DNA of 64,000 bases, taken from positions 160,001-224,000 of the forward strand of contig CAVQKE010000003.1 in NCBI GenBank assembly GCA_963713045.1, written 5' to 3'. The stretch comes from an uncultured delta proteobacterium (lineage in GTDB: Bacteria; Myxococcota; Myxococcia; Myxococcales; Myxococcaceae). The translations under genes and the position numbers were made by a program. The notes under the pieces were generated by a model. The model searched no databases. It was not told the origin of the DNA and saw only the letters and a list, made by a program, of their open reading frames with translations. This document shows, one piece after another, positions 18,652-28,811 of the stretch (the stretch's first letter is position 1; the number at the start of each line of letters is the position of its first letter).

Positions 18652-20142
18652 ATGGCCCGGCTTCCGGACAAGCCCCGCTTCGCCGCCGCGCCCAGCTCGC
18701 GCGTCTACGAGGCCATTGTCCTCGGTTCCTCCTTCGGCGCAGCCTTCGCCGCGGCGCTCCTCGCCCGGCGCGGCCTCCGCGTCCTGTGGGTTGAGCAGGG
18801 CAGTCCGCCGGCAGCGTACGCACATCAGGGCTTCCTCTGGCCGACGCGGGCCATGCCACTGCCGCATCCGCGGGCGGTGCCCCTTTTCGAGGACGCGCTC
18901 AGCGAGTTGGGCCTCACCACGCAAGTCTCCCGCGCGCTGCGGCCGGTGGTGCCAGCGCTTCAACTGGTGCTGCCCAGGCACCGGCTGGACTTGCCCCTCG
19001 ACGATGGGCGCCGGCTGGCCGAGTGCACCCGCGAGTTTGCAACCAGCGGGGCGCATCTGGCCGAGCTGGTCAAACAGCTTGCCACCGCCCACACCAGCAC
19101 CGACGGGTTCCTCCGCAGCAAAGAGGCGCTGCCAGCGGGTGGGCTGCTGGCCCGCTGGCGACTGCGGCGTGCCCTCCGGCGCTGGCCAGCGCTCGACAGC
19201 CCCGTGCCCCTGTCGGACAGCGACCCGGCCGAGAATCTCTTGTCCCGAGGCACGGCCTTCCTCCTCTACCGGGAACCGGTGGGTCCCCTTGCCGTCCAGA
19301 GGACGCTCGGACAGCTGCTCGCCGGGCCCCAGCACTTCCCCGGGGGCCTGGCCGGGTTTCAAGACTTGCTACGCCATCGCTTTGAGGAACTCGGCGGGAC
19401 CCTGCTTCCCTTCGACAGTGTCCCCGGCTCTGGACTCAATTCCCTCACCCTCGAAGGCGGCCAGCCGGTGGGCGTGGACCTGCGTGGCTCCGAGGCCACC
19501 CACCGGGCTGCCTTCGTCCTGTCCGCGCTGGATGACGCCGAGCTGCTACCGCTGGTGCCCGAGTCACTCCGCGCAGCCCGGCCCCATGCGCTGCATCCCG
19601 CCACGCCTTCCCATGCCATCCTCGCGGTGCACTGGGTGCTTCCCGCCACCGCGCTTCCCCAAGGCCTTGGGGAACTCGCCCTGGTGGACGACGCCACGCC
19701 GCTCGGTGCGCACTTCGTCCAAGTGGGACCTGCCCGGCGGCACGAGGCACGCAGCGACGAGGCCGGACTGCGCCTGGTGACAGCGACGGCCGTCTTTCCA
19801 GCAGACGTCGAGTCGGCCCTGGTGTCTGCCCACGCCGCCCGCCTGGAGGAGGCACTGGAACGGCTCCTCCCGTTCGCCAGGCGCCAAGTGGTGGCCCGTT
19901 CCGTCCCGCAGCTGGATGCGCCCCAGCGCGTCCCAGCCCCGCTTCACCCCCTTCTGCCGCGGCCCGCTAAGGCAGCCTGGGAGCCCCTGGGGACGCCGCC
20001 CACCACCCCCTGGCCAAGCCTCCTTCGGGCCGGCCGGGAGGTGTGCCCCGGGCTCGGCATTGAGGGGGAATTGCTTGCGGCCCTGGGAGCCGTGGCCCGG
20101 GTCCAGCGCGCCAGCCAGAAGCGCCGGCCCGGTGGACGCTAG
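18652..20142 (+). CDS. Phytoene-desaturase-like FAD/NAD(P)-binding protein (divergent)
   Basis: YEAIVLGSSFGAAFAAALLARRGLRVLWVE degenerate Rossmann motif; C-terminal GREVCPGLGIEGE. Confidence 0.6.
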   Translation: MARLPDKPRFAAAPSSRVYEAIVLGSSFGAAFAAALLARRGLRVLWVEQGSPPAAYAHQGFLWPTRAMPLPHPRAVPLFEDALSELGLTTQVSRALRPVVPALQLVLPRHRLDLPLDDGRRLAECTREFATSGAHLAELVKQLATAHTSTDGFLRSKEALPAGGLLARWRLRRALRRWPALDSPVPLSDSDPAENLLSRGTAFLLYREPVGPLAVQRTLGQLLAGPQHFPGGLAGFQDLLRHRFEELGGTLLPFDSVPGSGLNSLTLEGGQPVGVDLRGSEATHRAAFVLSALDDAELLPLVPESLRAARPHALHPATPSHAILAVHWVLPATALPQGLGELALVDDATPLGAHFVQVGPARRHEARSDEAGLRLVTATAVFPADVESALVSAHAARLEEALERLLPFARRQVVARSVPQLDAPQRVPAPLHPLLPRPAKAAWEPLGTPPTTPWPSLLRAGREVCPGLGIEGELLAALGAVARVQRASQKRRPGGR

Positions 20143-20217
20143 GGGCCTGGCAATGCCACGGAAATTCGGTTATGCGCAGGCCCCTCGTTTCGTCTTCAGT
20201 CTCCCCTAGAGGAAGTC

Positions 20218-20409
20218 ATGGCCTGGAAGTGCGACATCTGTGGCAAGCGCCCGCTGGTGGGCAACAACGTCAGCCACGCCAACAACAAGACGAAGACGCG
20301 CTCGCTGCCGAATTTGCAGAAGCTCCGCGCCACCATCGACGGGCGCACCCAGCGCGTCCTCGCCTGCACCCGGTGCATTAAGGCCGGCAAGGTGGTGAAG
20401 GCCGCCTAG
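20218..20409 (+). CDS. rpmB: 50S ribosomal protein L28 (zinc-ribbon form)
   Basis: [45 protein letters not shown]. Confidence 0.97.
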   Translation: MAWKCDICGKRPLVGNNVSHANNKTKTRSLPNLQKLRATIDGRTQRVLACTRCIKAGKVVKAA

Positions 20410-20433
20410 GGCGAAAAGGAGGCGGCCTTCCCC

Positions 20434-21345
20434 GTGCGCGTCGCCCTCCTTTTTGTGGACGGCGTTGGCGTCGGGCTCAACGACCCGGACGTCAACCCTC
20501 TGGCCCGAGGGGAGTTTCTCCTCTCCCAATTCCTGGACGGCACGGGCACCGCGTTGCCGGGGGGACAGCTGTCCTTGGTGGACGCCACCTTCGGCGTGGC
20601 CGGGCGCCCCCAGTCCGCCTCCAACCAGACGGCGCTTCTCACCGGGCTGCCCGCGCCGCTGTTGGCCGGTCGGCACGTTCTTGGCTACCCAGACGCGCCC
20701 CTTCGGGCACTCCTCAGCAAGCACTCCCTGGTGAAGCGGCTGGTGGAGTCCGGACGGCAGGCCACCTTCGCCAACGCCTACCCGGCAGCCTACCTCGCGG
20801 CCCTGGGGCTACCTCACCTGGGCGGTGGCGCGCCGGACATCACCATTCCTGCCCGGGCCCGGCGGAAACTTCGGCCCTCGGCCACCACCGCTGCCTTCGC
20901 CGCCGGCGGGGTGCCACTGCGGACGTTGGACGCCCTGCGCGCCGGTCAAGCGCTGGCCCATGACGTCACCGGCGCGCGGGGCGTGGCCCGAGGGCTTCGC
21001 CTCCCCTTGCGGACGCCTGGCGAGGCGGCCAGCACCTTCTGGCGCCTGGCGGCCGGGATGGACTTCACCCTCTTCGAGCACTTCACCGCCGACGAGGCCG
21101 GCCACGCCCAGGACGTCCAGGCGGCGCTGGAGGCCCTCACCACCTTTGACGCCTTCGTCCGGGCGGTGGTTGCCGGCCGGCCAGCGGACACGCGCGTCCT
21201 GGTGACGAGCGACCACGGCAACGTGGAGGACCTCCGGACGCGCAACCACACCCGGGGGCCGGTGCCGCTGTTGGCCTTTCCTCCCCTGGAGGGGACGACG
21301 CGGCCCGGCACCGTCGCTGACGTCGGCCAGCTGCTGCTGGGCTGA
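20434..21345 (+). CDS. Alkaline-phosphatase-superfamily metalloenzyme (PGM/phosphopentomutase-like)
   Basis: FVDGVG, PQSASNQT, DEAGH, TSDHGNVED, HT. Confidence 0.85.
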   Translation: MRVALLFVDGVGVGLNDPDVNPLARGEFLLSQFLDGTGTALPGGQLSLVDATFGVAGRPQSASNQTALLTGLPAPLLAGRHVLGYPDAPLRALLSKHSLVKRLVESGRQATFANAYPAAYLAALGLPHLGGGAPDITIPARARRKLRPSATTAAFAAGGVPLRTLDALRAGQALAHDVTGARGVARGLRLPLRTPGEAASTFWRLAAGMDFTLFEHFTADEAGHAQDVQAALEALTTFDAFVRAVVAGRPADTRVLVTSDHGNVEDLRTRNHTRGPVPLLAFPPLEGTTRPGTVADVGQLLLG

Positions 21346-21378
21346 AGCCCCGGGGGGCAGGGACTTGAGCCGACTCTT

Positions 21379-21837
21379 CTAGCGCGCCGGTTCGAGCTTG
21401 CCCGGGCGGCGCAGCATCTTCTCAATCTCGCTGATGTGGACTTCCTCGTCGTGCACCATCTTCCGCGCGTACTCCTCGAGCATGATGTCCCGGTCGCGCA
21501 CCAACTCCAGCAGCTTGCGGTAGGTGTCGACCCCCTCCTGCTCGTGCTCCATCGCCTCGCGCAAAATCTGGTCGATGTCGTGCCGGTGCGTCTCCAGCAG
21601 CTTGCCGATGCGCAGCGAGGGATGGCCCCCCATGGCCGTGATGTGCTCGCCCGCCTGCAGCGCGTGGGTCAGCCCCTCATCGGCCTGGGTCCTCATCCAG
21701 GAGACAATGGGAATGCGGGCGTGTCCAAACACCATCAGCGAGTAGTGCGCGTAGCGCACCACCCCGGCGAGCTCGATTTCGAGAATTCGGTTCAGCACGT
21801 CCAGCACGCTTTTTTCGTTCAGCGCCCGTTCGGGCAT
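21379..21837 (-). CDS. Bacterioferritin/ferritin-like protein; heme-ligand Met not evident
   Basis: LNRILEIELAGVVRY, DEGLTHA, EHE, DEEVH. Confidence 0.8.
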   Translation of the reverse strand: MPERALNEKSVLDVLNRILEIELAGVVRYAHYSLMVFGHARIPIVSWMRTQADEGLTHALQAGEHITAMGGHPSLRIGKLLETHRHDIDQILREAMEHEQEGVDTYRKLLELVRDRDIMLEEYARKMVHDEEVHISEIEKMLRRPGKLEPAR

Positions 21838-21865
21838 GTGACGTCTCCTGGGAGAGGGGAAAAAC

Positions 21866-23581
21866 TCACCGCGGCGCCACTGCGGCCGGGTTGTCGAGCA
21901 GCGGCGGACGGTCCTTGCCCTCCACCACCCGCTGGAGCTCGATTTCCTGAAGCAGTGTGGGTGGAGCCACCGTCGACACCGGCACGCTACCGCTCTCGGC
22001 GCCACAGAAGCCATTGAAGATGCCGGGAGTCTGGCCGGTGGCGAGGATTTTATTCATCGCACTGAGCGGCGTCCCCACAATCTCCACCCCACGGACCAGC
22101 GTCTCCGAGCCGTCGCGCACGTCCACGCGGAAAACGCGGCGGGGAATTCCCTTGAAGGCCTGGTAGCCAAAGCTGGAGGTGTTGGTGTTGCCCCCGGTGA
22201 TGTCCCGGATGATGAGGCCGTACTGCTTCCCCTGACGCTTGGCCTCGGCGATGAGCATTCGCTTCAACTCGGCGTCGCTGACCTGGTGGGTGGAAGTGAC
22301 AATCAGGTTGGACATGCGCGCCACCGGCCGGCGGTTGAGCTGCGCGCGACCGTGCCCATTGGACTGCGGGAAGCCCTCCACCGGGTGGCGGGAGGTGAGG
22401 AAGCTTCGAAGCACGCCCTGGTCCACCAGCGTCACGGCTTGCGCTGGGATGCCCTCATCGTCGAAGCGGTAGAAGCCGTTCAGCGACTGGCCGCGGAGGC
22501 TAGACCGCGTGGGGTCATCCACCACGGTGAGAAAGCTCGGCAGCACCGGCTTGCCCACCTGCCCTCGAAATGTCTTGCCCTCCGCGTCGTTGTCCTCCCG
22601 GTCGCCCTCCAGCCGGTGGCCGACCGCCTCGTGGAAAAGCACGCCGGCCGCATTGGACTCGAGCACCGCTGGCCCGGTGTAGGGGTCGATGGCTGGTGCG
22701 GCGCGAAGCTGCGCCAGCTCGGCAATGACGGTGTCCGCGTCCTTAGCCAAGGCTGCTTCCGAAGGGAGGTCCGCCTCGCGGAAGGCGTAATAGTCGCGGC
22801 TGTCGTCCAGTAGCTGCCCGTCATCGGCCCGGGTGAGCGCAAAGACGTGCACCCCGTAGAGCGTCTCTTCGGTCAGGATGCGGCTGCCCTCGGAGGAGAC
22901 GAAGTAGCGCACCTGCTTGTCGGCCGTGACCCGCACGTCGGCGTCGAAGATGCGCGGGTCGGCGTTAAACCTGGCCGAGACCAGGCGGACCGTCTGAATC
23001 CAGCGCGCTCGGTCGAAGGGGAACTCGGTGGCCGGCTGAATGTAGACACTCGGCCGCTCGTGGCTGAAAGCCGCCGGGCGTTTGGGGTCCTCCACCACGT
23101 AGACGTTTTCGCCCTTCTTCTTGAGGTAGTTGAAGAGGGCCGCCTTGTAACGCTCGTCGGTAATTATCCACAGGGCCGCTCTCAGTGCCGCCGGGTCGTC
23201 GTCGAGGGGTGCCTCCTTGCGAGCGGTGTAGCTGGTCCCCTTCAGCGAGAAGTTGAAGTCCATGTCTTCGCTGACGCTGCTGTCAAAGTCGTGGCTTCCC
23301 ACACGGGCATCGACGTAGACGCGGCGGTCGCGGAGCGACTCGTCATCGAAAAGCGCTCCGTAGCGGCCGGCCACCCAACGCTGCTCGAGGTCCTTCACCG
23401 TGTAGCTGAGAAAATAGGGAGCCGGGTTCTCGCCGAGCTTCAGCCGCGCCTGGTTGCGCTGAAGCTCGCCTGCCATCGCATCCAGCAGTTTGAGCCGGCC
23501 GTCGCCCGGGGTGGAAGACACATCGGCGGGAGCAGCCAGGGAAACCAGCAGCGCGAAAGTGGGTCCAAGCAGGGTGAGCAC
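21866..23581 (-). CDS. TldD/PmbA family metalloprotease with signal peptide
   Basis: FHEAVGHRLEG, VDDPT, FDDEG, SNGHGR, RMSNL, FCGAESG.VPVS. Confidence 0.88.
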   Translation of the reverse strand: MLTLLGPTFALLVSLAAPADVSSTPGDGRLKLLDAMAGELQRNQARLKLGENPAPYFLSYTVKDLEQRWVAGRYGALFDDESLRDRRVYVDARVGSHDFDSSVSEDMDFNFSLKGTSYTARKEAPLDDDPAALRAALWIITDERYKAALFNYLKKKGENVYVVEDPKRPAAFSHERPSVYIQPATEFPFDRARWIQTVRLVSARFNADPRIFDADVRVTADKQVRYFVSSEGSRILTEETLYGVHVFALTRADDGQLLDDSRDYYAFREADLPSEAALAKDADTVIAELAQLRAAPAIDPYTGPAVLESNAAGVLFHEAVGHRLEGDREDNDAEGKTFRGQVGKPVLPSFLTVVDDPTRSSLRGQSLNGFYRFDDEGIPAQAVTLVDQGVLRSFLTSRHPVEGFPQSNGHGRAQLNRRPVARMSNLIVTSTHQVSDAELKRMLIAEAKRQGKQYGLIIRDITGGNTNTSSFGYQAFKGIPRRVFRVDVRDGSETLVRGVEIVGTPLSAMNKILATGQTPGIFNGFCGAESGSVPVSTVAPPTLLQEIELQRVVEGKDRPPLLDNPAAVAPR

Positions 23582-23617
23582 GTCAACCAGACTCTACCGC
23601 AACCGACGTCGGGCCAA

Positions 23618-24304
23618 TTACCCCACGAGCGCCTGCTCACCAAGCGGGGTCGGACCGCCCCACTCCACCACCCGCCAGCCGCGCGCTTTGGCCTCGCGCC
23701 GAAGCCGGCGGTCAGGGTTCACCACCACTGGCCGACCGACGCGCTCCAAGACGGGCAAGTCCGAATAGCTGTCGGTATAGAAGGCACAGGCGGAAAGCGC
23801 GACGCCGCTGCGCTGGGCATAGTCCTCGGCATAGCGCAGCTTGCCGGCACCGAAGCACACCTCCCCTTCCGGCTCGCCGGTGTGCACGCCGTCGCGCACG
23901 CGAAAGCGGGTACAGAGGACTCCGTCCAAGCGCAGCTCAGCGCTCACCAACTCGGAGAGGTAGAGCGAGCTGGCAGTCAACAGGACACACGCCTCGCCTC
24001 GAGAACGGTGGTGGTCAACTGCCGCCCGGGCACCCGCGCGATAGAGTTGGCGGACCTCCTCCTCGTAAAAGGCACGGGTGCGCTCCCGCAGTGTCTCTTC
24101 CGGCGTCCCTTCGAGGCTTCGGATGGCCGTCCTCAACGCCTCGTCCATCGAGGCGAAGCCCAGCCGGTAGCGCACCATCCAGCCGGCCGCGCGCAGCGCC
24201 TGCAGCCGGTTGATGTGGCCGCTGCGCAGCTCGCGGCGAATCCACAGGTTGCCGGAGTTGCCGACGATGAGCGTCTCGTCAAAGTCGAAGAAGGCGATGG
24301 CCAC
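23618..24304 (-). CDS. HAD-IB family hydrolase
   Basis: AFFDFDETL, LLTAS, GKL, FYTDSYSDLPVLE..PVVVNPD. Confidence 0.9.
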   Translation of the reverse strand: MAIAFFDFDETLIVGNSGNLWIRRELRSGHINRLQALRAAGWMVRYRLGFASMDEALRTAIRSLEGTPEETLRERTRAFYEEEVRQLYRAGARAAVDHHRSRGEACVLLTASSLYLSELVSAELRLDGVLCTRFRVRDGVHTGEPEGEVCFGAGKLRYAEDYAQRSGVALSACAFYTDSYSDLPVLERVGRPVVVNPDRRLRREAKARGWRVVEWGGPTPLGEQALVG

Positions 24305-24326
24305 GGCGCAACCGCATGCTAACTGC

Positions 24327-25193
24327 TCACCACCGCCGCCGCCGCATCGCCAGCCACAGCACTGCCAACAGGCCAAGCAGTGCCACCGGCGCACCCTCCG
24401 TTGCAGCGGTGTTGCAGCCCCCCAAGCCGGTCGGTCCCCCGTCGGGTAACAAGCAGTCTTGCGAGGCCTGGCCCCGCGGATAGACGTCACAGACGAATTG
24501 CTTCGAGCCAGGGTCGAGGACACGCAGGGACGTCTCCCCAATCGCCTCGTAGGCATACATGGTGGAGGTCGGGTCCGGCGACTCGTCCAGCCCCAACACG
24601 TGACCGAATTCGTGGGTGGCGGTGGCTTGCGTGTCATAGACGACGCAGTCGAGCGACTCGGCGGTCGGGTTGCAGGGGGGAGAATCCACCGCGGTGAAAA
24701 AGGCCTGCGCCGCGTTCAATTCCACCCCGGTGTTGACGATGACGCCGTTGGCCTGAAAGGTAACCGTGGTGAGGGCGAGCACGCCCGAGGTGTGGTCCCA
24801 GCAGTCGTGCAGGTTGCCGCAGCTTGCCGTGCGTTGGCAGGGGTCGCCGGCGTCAACCACGTCGCTGCACAACACCGTGCGGAAGAGAATCAGGTTCTCC
24901 GTCCCGCCATCTGTCGGCAGCCCGATGGAACGCGACGTTGAGTGTGGTCCCTCAGAGAGGGTGAGGTTGCCGCAGACCAGCATCTGCCCCTCCCACGTTT
25001 CCCAGGCCCGTGTCACCGCCTCGAAGCCGGCGTCACCCAGGGGCGCGTAGCCTTTGGCACTCTGGGAGAACACCACTGGCCCCGCGGGCCAGCGCAAGCA
25101 GTGGGAAGCGTTACTGGTCGTCGTCCGGACGTAATCCGTTGAGGCCAGCACCAGCACCAGCACCACGACAACGGCTAACAGCCCTGCTCTCAC
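24327..25193 (-). CDS. Matrixin-like metalloprotease with MYXO-CTERM sorting tail
   Basis: THEFGHVLGLDE, Met-turn STMYA, tail GGCNTA..LLGLLAVLWLAMRRRRW. Confidence 0.8.
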   Translation of the reverse strand: MRAGLLAVVVVLVLVLASTDYVRTTTSNASHCLRWPAGPVVFSQSAKGYAPLGDAGFEAVTRAWETWEGQMLVCGNLTLSEGPHSTSRSIGLPTDGGTENLILFRTVLCSDVVDAGDPCQRTASCGNLHDCWDHTSGVLALTTVTFQANGVIVNTGVELNAAQAFFTAVDSPPCNPTAESLDCVVYDTQATATHEFGHVLGLDESPDPTSTMYAYEAIGETSLRVLDPGSKQFVCDVYPRGQASQDCLLPDGGPTGLGGCNTAATEGAPVALLGLLAVLWLAMRRRRW

Positions 25194-25723
25194 TCCCGCT
25201 GCACCTCCCGCCCCACCAACGCGCGCAGCTCTTCCAGCGGAAGCGGCCTCCGGGGACCTGGCATCCGGCCGGCGGGTGGGACGAGGTGAAGCCCTTCGAC
25301 CACTACCGGCACCGCACGCGCGGCACCGCCGGAAGGGCCGGACTCCACCCGGTAGACGCCTTGCGACAGGCCAACCACGCGGAAGAGGGGCCCCTGTCGC
25401 TCGAGGAAGAGCACCAACTCCTCGCCCGCACCCAGTGGCGCCACCCCCGCGACGCTCTGGCCAAAGCCATCGCGCTCCCCGCCGGGCTGCACCAGCGTCA
25501 GCTTGTCCCCCGCGTGGCCTTTCCAGCGTTCCAAAACGTCCACCTCGACGAAGGTGACGAGGCGGCGGTGGTCGTCCGTCCACGCCGAACGATTCGACAT
25601 CACACGGCCACGGATGATGTCGGTGGCGGCGTGGGTCAGTGCCGGGGCGTCCATTTGTATGGCGCTGGTGGCCAGCGCTGGAGCTGCGATGAGCCACACA
25701 AGGACGAAGGAGCGCGCCGACAT
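25190..25723 (-). CDS. Secreted hypothetical protein, coupled to the protease gene
   Basis: Signal peptide, QPGG..G.Q.VAG...GEE.VLFL..VVGLSQG pattern; 4-bp overlap with the next gene. Confidence 0.7.
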   Translation of the reverse strand: MSARSFVLVWLIAAPALATSAIQMDAPALTHAATDIIRGRVMSNRSAWTDDHRRLVTFVEVDVLERWKGHAGDKLTLVQPGGERDGFGQSVAGVAPLGAGEELVLFLERQGPLFRVVGLSQGVYRVESGPSGGAARAVPVVVEGLHLVPPAGRMPGPRRPLPLEELRALVGREVQRE

Positions 25724-25807
25724 CGAGGGGTGGATGTTACCTGCACTCGGCCAAGCCCGGGGCGCTGCGTTGACCCTGCGCACGCCGCTTGTTAACGCTC
25801 GCCCCCC

Positions 25808-27229
25808 ATGGCCAGCCCTCCACGTGTTCGTTTCGCTCCCTCACCCACTGGCTACCTGCACATCGGCGGGGCAAGAACGGCGCTTTTCAACTGGCTGTAT
25901 GCCCGGCGGCACCAGGGAAGCTTCGTCCTGCGAGTCGAGGACACGGACCACGAGCGGTCGACGGAAGAGTCCGTCCACGCCATTCTGGATGGGCTGCGCT
26001 GGCTCTCGCTGGACTGGGACGAGGGGCCAGGCGTCGGCGGCCCGGTTGGTCCGTACTTTCAGACCGAGCGCTTGGACCTCTACCGCCGAGAGGCCGACGC
26101 ACTCATCGCTGCCCAGAAGGCCTACCGTTGCTACTGCACCAAGGAGGAGTTGGAGCAACGGCGCGCCGTCTTCGAAAAGCAGAAACGTCCTTACAAGTAC
26201 GAGGGGACCTGCCGAAATCGCACCGACGTTCCGCCAGGCCGGTCGGCCGTGGTCCGTTTCCGCATGCCCGAGTCCGACGAAACCTTGGCCTATACCGACG
26301 AGGTGCTCGGCCGAATTGCCAAACAAACGTCAGACTTAGACGACTTCGTCATGCTTCGTTCGGACGGCGTCCCCCTCTACAACTTCGGCTGCGTGGTGGA
26401 CGACCACGCCATGGGGATTACCCTCGTCATTCGCGGGCAGGAGCACGTCAACTCGACGTTCCCGCAGCTGATGCTTTACCGCGCCCTCGGCTGGACGCCG
26501 CCGGCCATGGCCCACCTGCCCCTGATTCTCGGTTCGGACAAAGAAAAGCTCAGCAAGCGCCGCCATCCAGAGGCTGACGTCATGCTGCACCGACGCAATG
26601 GCATCCTCCCTGAGGCACTGGTGAACTTCATCGTCCGGCTCGGTTGGAGCCACGGCAACGACGAAGTCATCTCACGCTCAGCGATGATTGAGTGGTTTGG
26701 GTTTGACCATGTCGGGACCACGTCCGGTGTCTGGAATCCAGAGAAACTCCTCTGGCTCAACCAACACTACTTGAAGACGCTTCCTCCCGCCGACATTGCC
26801 TCCCGCCTGTTGCCCTTTCTCGCCGAGCGCGGTGTCGAAGCGGCCGGGGACCCGCGTCTGGAGCGGGTGGTGCTCGCGCTGCGAGAACGTTCAAAAACGC
26901 TGGTGGAGATGGCGGAACTGGCCCGCCCCTTCTTCATCCGGGTGAAAGTGGACCCCAAGGCAGCAGCGAAGCACCTGGACCACGCGGGCCAGGAAGCGCT
27001 GTCACTCGCCCGCGAAGCGCTGCACGCAGTGCAGCTTTGGAATGCGCCCAGCATCGACGCAGCCTTGAAGGGCGTCTCCGAGGCGAGCGGCTTGGGGATG
27101 GGGAAGGTCGCGCAGCCGGTGAGGGTCGCAGTGATGGGCATCCCCGTGAGCCCCCCCATCGGCGAAACCCTCGAGCTGCTCGGTAAAATCGAGACGCTTG
27201 AGCGAATTGACCTGGTGCTCGCCGTCTAG
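25808..27229 (+). CDS. gltX: Glutamate--tRNA ligase
   Basis: RFAPSPTGYLHIGG, LRVEDTD, DWDEGP, KLSKR. Confidence 0.97.
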   Translation: MASPPRVRFAPSPTGYLHIGGARTALFNWLYARRHQGSFVLRVEDTDHERSTEESVHAILDGLRWLSLDWDEGPGVGGPVGPYFQTERLDLYRREADALIAAQKAYRCYCTKEELEQRRAVFEKQKRPYKYEGTCRNRTDVPPGRSAVVRFRMPESDETLAYTDEVLGRIAKQTSDLDDFVMLRSDGVPLYNFGCVVDDHAMGITLVIRGQEHVNSTFPQLMLYRALGWTPPAMAHLPLILGSDKEKLSKRRHPEADVMLHRRNGILPEALVNFIVRLGWSHGNDEVISRSAMIEWFGFDHVGTTSGVWNPEKLLWLNQHYLKTLPPADIASRLLPFLAERGVEAAGDPRLERVVLALRERSKTLVEMAELARPFFIRVKVDPKAAAKHLDHAGQEALSLAREALHAVQLWNAPSIDAALKGVSEASGLGMGKVAQPVRVAVMGIPVSPPIGETLELLGKIETLERIDLVLAV

Positions 27230-27356
27230 GCCGAAGCACGCGCGGCGACAGCCCAGCCACTCCCGCGCAGACGCGGCCGCGTTCGAAACGCCCCGTTGAA
27301 ACCGTGGACTCTCTGGCGCCCGAAGACCTACCATCGCCGGCGCATGCCGGCCTGCC

Positions 27357-27385
27357 TTGACACCCCACAACGGCGTTTCTATAAG
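27357..27385 (+). promoter_or_regulatory. Sigma70-type promoter upstream of a small ORF and tRNA-Gln
   Basis: TTGACA-N17-TATAAG, near consensus in a very GC-rich background. Confidence 0.7.
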
Positions 27386-27400
27386 GCCGCCCGCCAGTGG

Positions 27401-27766
27401 GTGGCTGCCGCGGCGGTCGGTGTGCTGGCCTCAGCGTCAGCGCGAGCCGAGTTGCTGGACGGGGTGCAGTTTCCCGACAAAACGACGAAGGTGGGAGAAC
27501 GCAGGTACCGTGTTCCGCAGGATTGGGAGAACACGATGAAGTATTTCAAGACGACATACCCGTCGGCGCAGTTTCCGCGGCACACCATCGTCAATCAGCC
27601 GGGAGTGAAGGCCATTCACCTCACCAATCCAGACAGCCATGGAGGTTGGGAAGGCTTAAATATTTACGAGGCGAACGACGAAGTCCGAGTGTACGTGGTT
27701 CCGCCGGACGGCATGCCAGCTAGGCCGACGAAGAAGGCAGCACCCGCGGCTCCGAAGAAAAAGTAG
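27401..27766 (+). CDS. Hypothetical secreted protein (start uncertain; in-frame ATG also at 27344)
   Basis: Coding-like ORF with AxA cleavage motif and basic C-tail; ends 6 bp before the tRNA. Confidence 0.65.
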   Translation: MAAAAVGVLASASARAELLDGVQFPDKTTKVGERRYRVPQDWENTMKYFKTTYPSAQFPRHTIVNQPGVKAIHLTNPDSHGGWEGLNIYEANDEVRVYVVPPDGMPARPTKKAAPAAPKKK

Positions 27767-27772
27767 CATCCT

Positions 27773-27843
27773 TGGGGAATCGTCTAACGGCAGGACGCCA
27801 GATTCTGGATCTGGCTATCTAGGTTCGAATCCTAGTTCCCCAG
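27773..27843 (+). tRNA. tRNA-Gln (anticodon CTG); CCA not encoded
   Basis: Acceptor TGGGGAA/TTCCCCA, anticodon arm CCAGA-TTCTGGA-TCTGG, T arm CTAGG-TTCGAAT-CCTAG. Confidence 0.96.
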
Positions 27844-27945
27844 CTGTTTTCCTCAGGAACTTCCGGCGCTTAGACTGGTTCCGCGCTTCATCATGCGCCT
27901 ATGTTGCGCCGGCGCGTCCAGAAGCCGGACCGCGAATCACGCTCG

Positions 27946-28345
27946 TCACTGCTTTGCTTCCTCAGTTGGCGGAAGCGTCGGCGTCGCAGACGCAAAGACG
28001 TTGTCGGGATCGAAGCGTCGTTTGAGCTGAAGAATCCGTGCGAGGTTCCGGCCGTAGGCGAGGCGAACGCGCTCATGTTCGTCGACGCCTAGCAAGTTGG
28101 GATAGCCGCCGGGCAATCCGAACGGCGCCAGCTCTTCCGCCACTGCGCGCGCCCATTGGCGATGCGGAGCGCCGGAATCGCTCGCACTGGGCTGCCAGGC
28201 CGCCAGGACCTCGACCAGCAGGTGGTCCCGGCGTAACCCGAAAGCGGTGTCCGTGACGGGAACACGCGCCGCAGCGCCGTGAAAATGGTGCAGGGCGATC
28301 AACGAGAAGGGCGAAGTCATCATGCGCGCCCCGTCGAGCAGCGTC
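27946..28345 (-). pseudogene. C-terminal fragment of a FAD-linked (BBE-domain) oxidoreductase
   Basis: HHFHGAAARVPVTDTAF..R, GGYPNLL, AYGRNLARILQLKRRFDPDNVF; N-terminus missing. Confidence 0.75.
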
Positions 28346-28811
28346 AAGGTGTCAACGACGAGAGCCATACATCTGCGCGTGAAGTCATCGACCAGTGTCA
28401 GGACGCGGAACCTCCGGCTCTTCTCGGTAACGTCGCTCACAAAGTCCATGCTCCAGCGCTGATTGGGCCTCGTCGGCGGCGGCAGCACTGTGCGAGGCGG
28501 CGGCCACCATCCGCTTCCGCCGTTTCGTCCTCACCGACAGTCCCTCGAGGCGGTAGAGCCGGTAGACGCGCTTGCGATTGACCTGCTCGCCGTCTCGGCG
28601 GAGTAGCAGATGGAGTCGCCGGTAGCCGAAGCGCGGCCGGGAAGCAGCGTGTGCTCGAAGCCGCTCGAGGAGCTCTGTCGGCTCCCGCCTGCGGCTCGCA
28701 TAGCGGTGACTGGACCGCGAGAAACCGAGCACGCGACGCCCGACGCTCGCTGAACTCGTAGCTCGCCCGAATAGAGCCCACGGCCTGGCGGCGGTCCGTG
28801 GGCTTCACCAT
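28346..28811 (-). pseudogene. IS3 transposase OrfB, frameshifted and truncated
   Basis: Pieces in three frames: SERRA / PRFGYRRL..VNRKRVYRLY / PNQRWSMDFVSD..VDDFTR. Confidence 0.88.
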
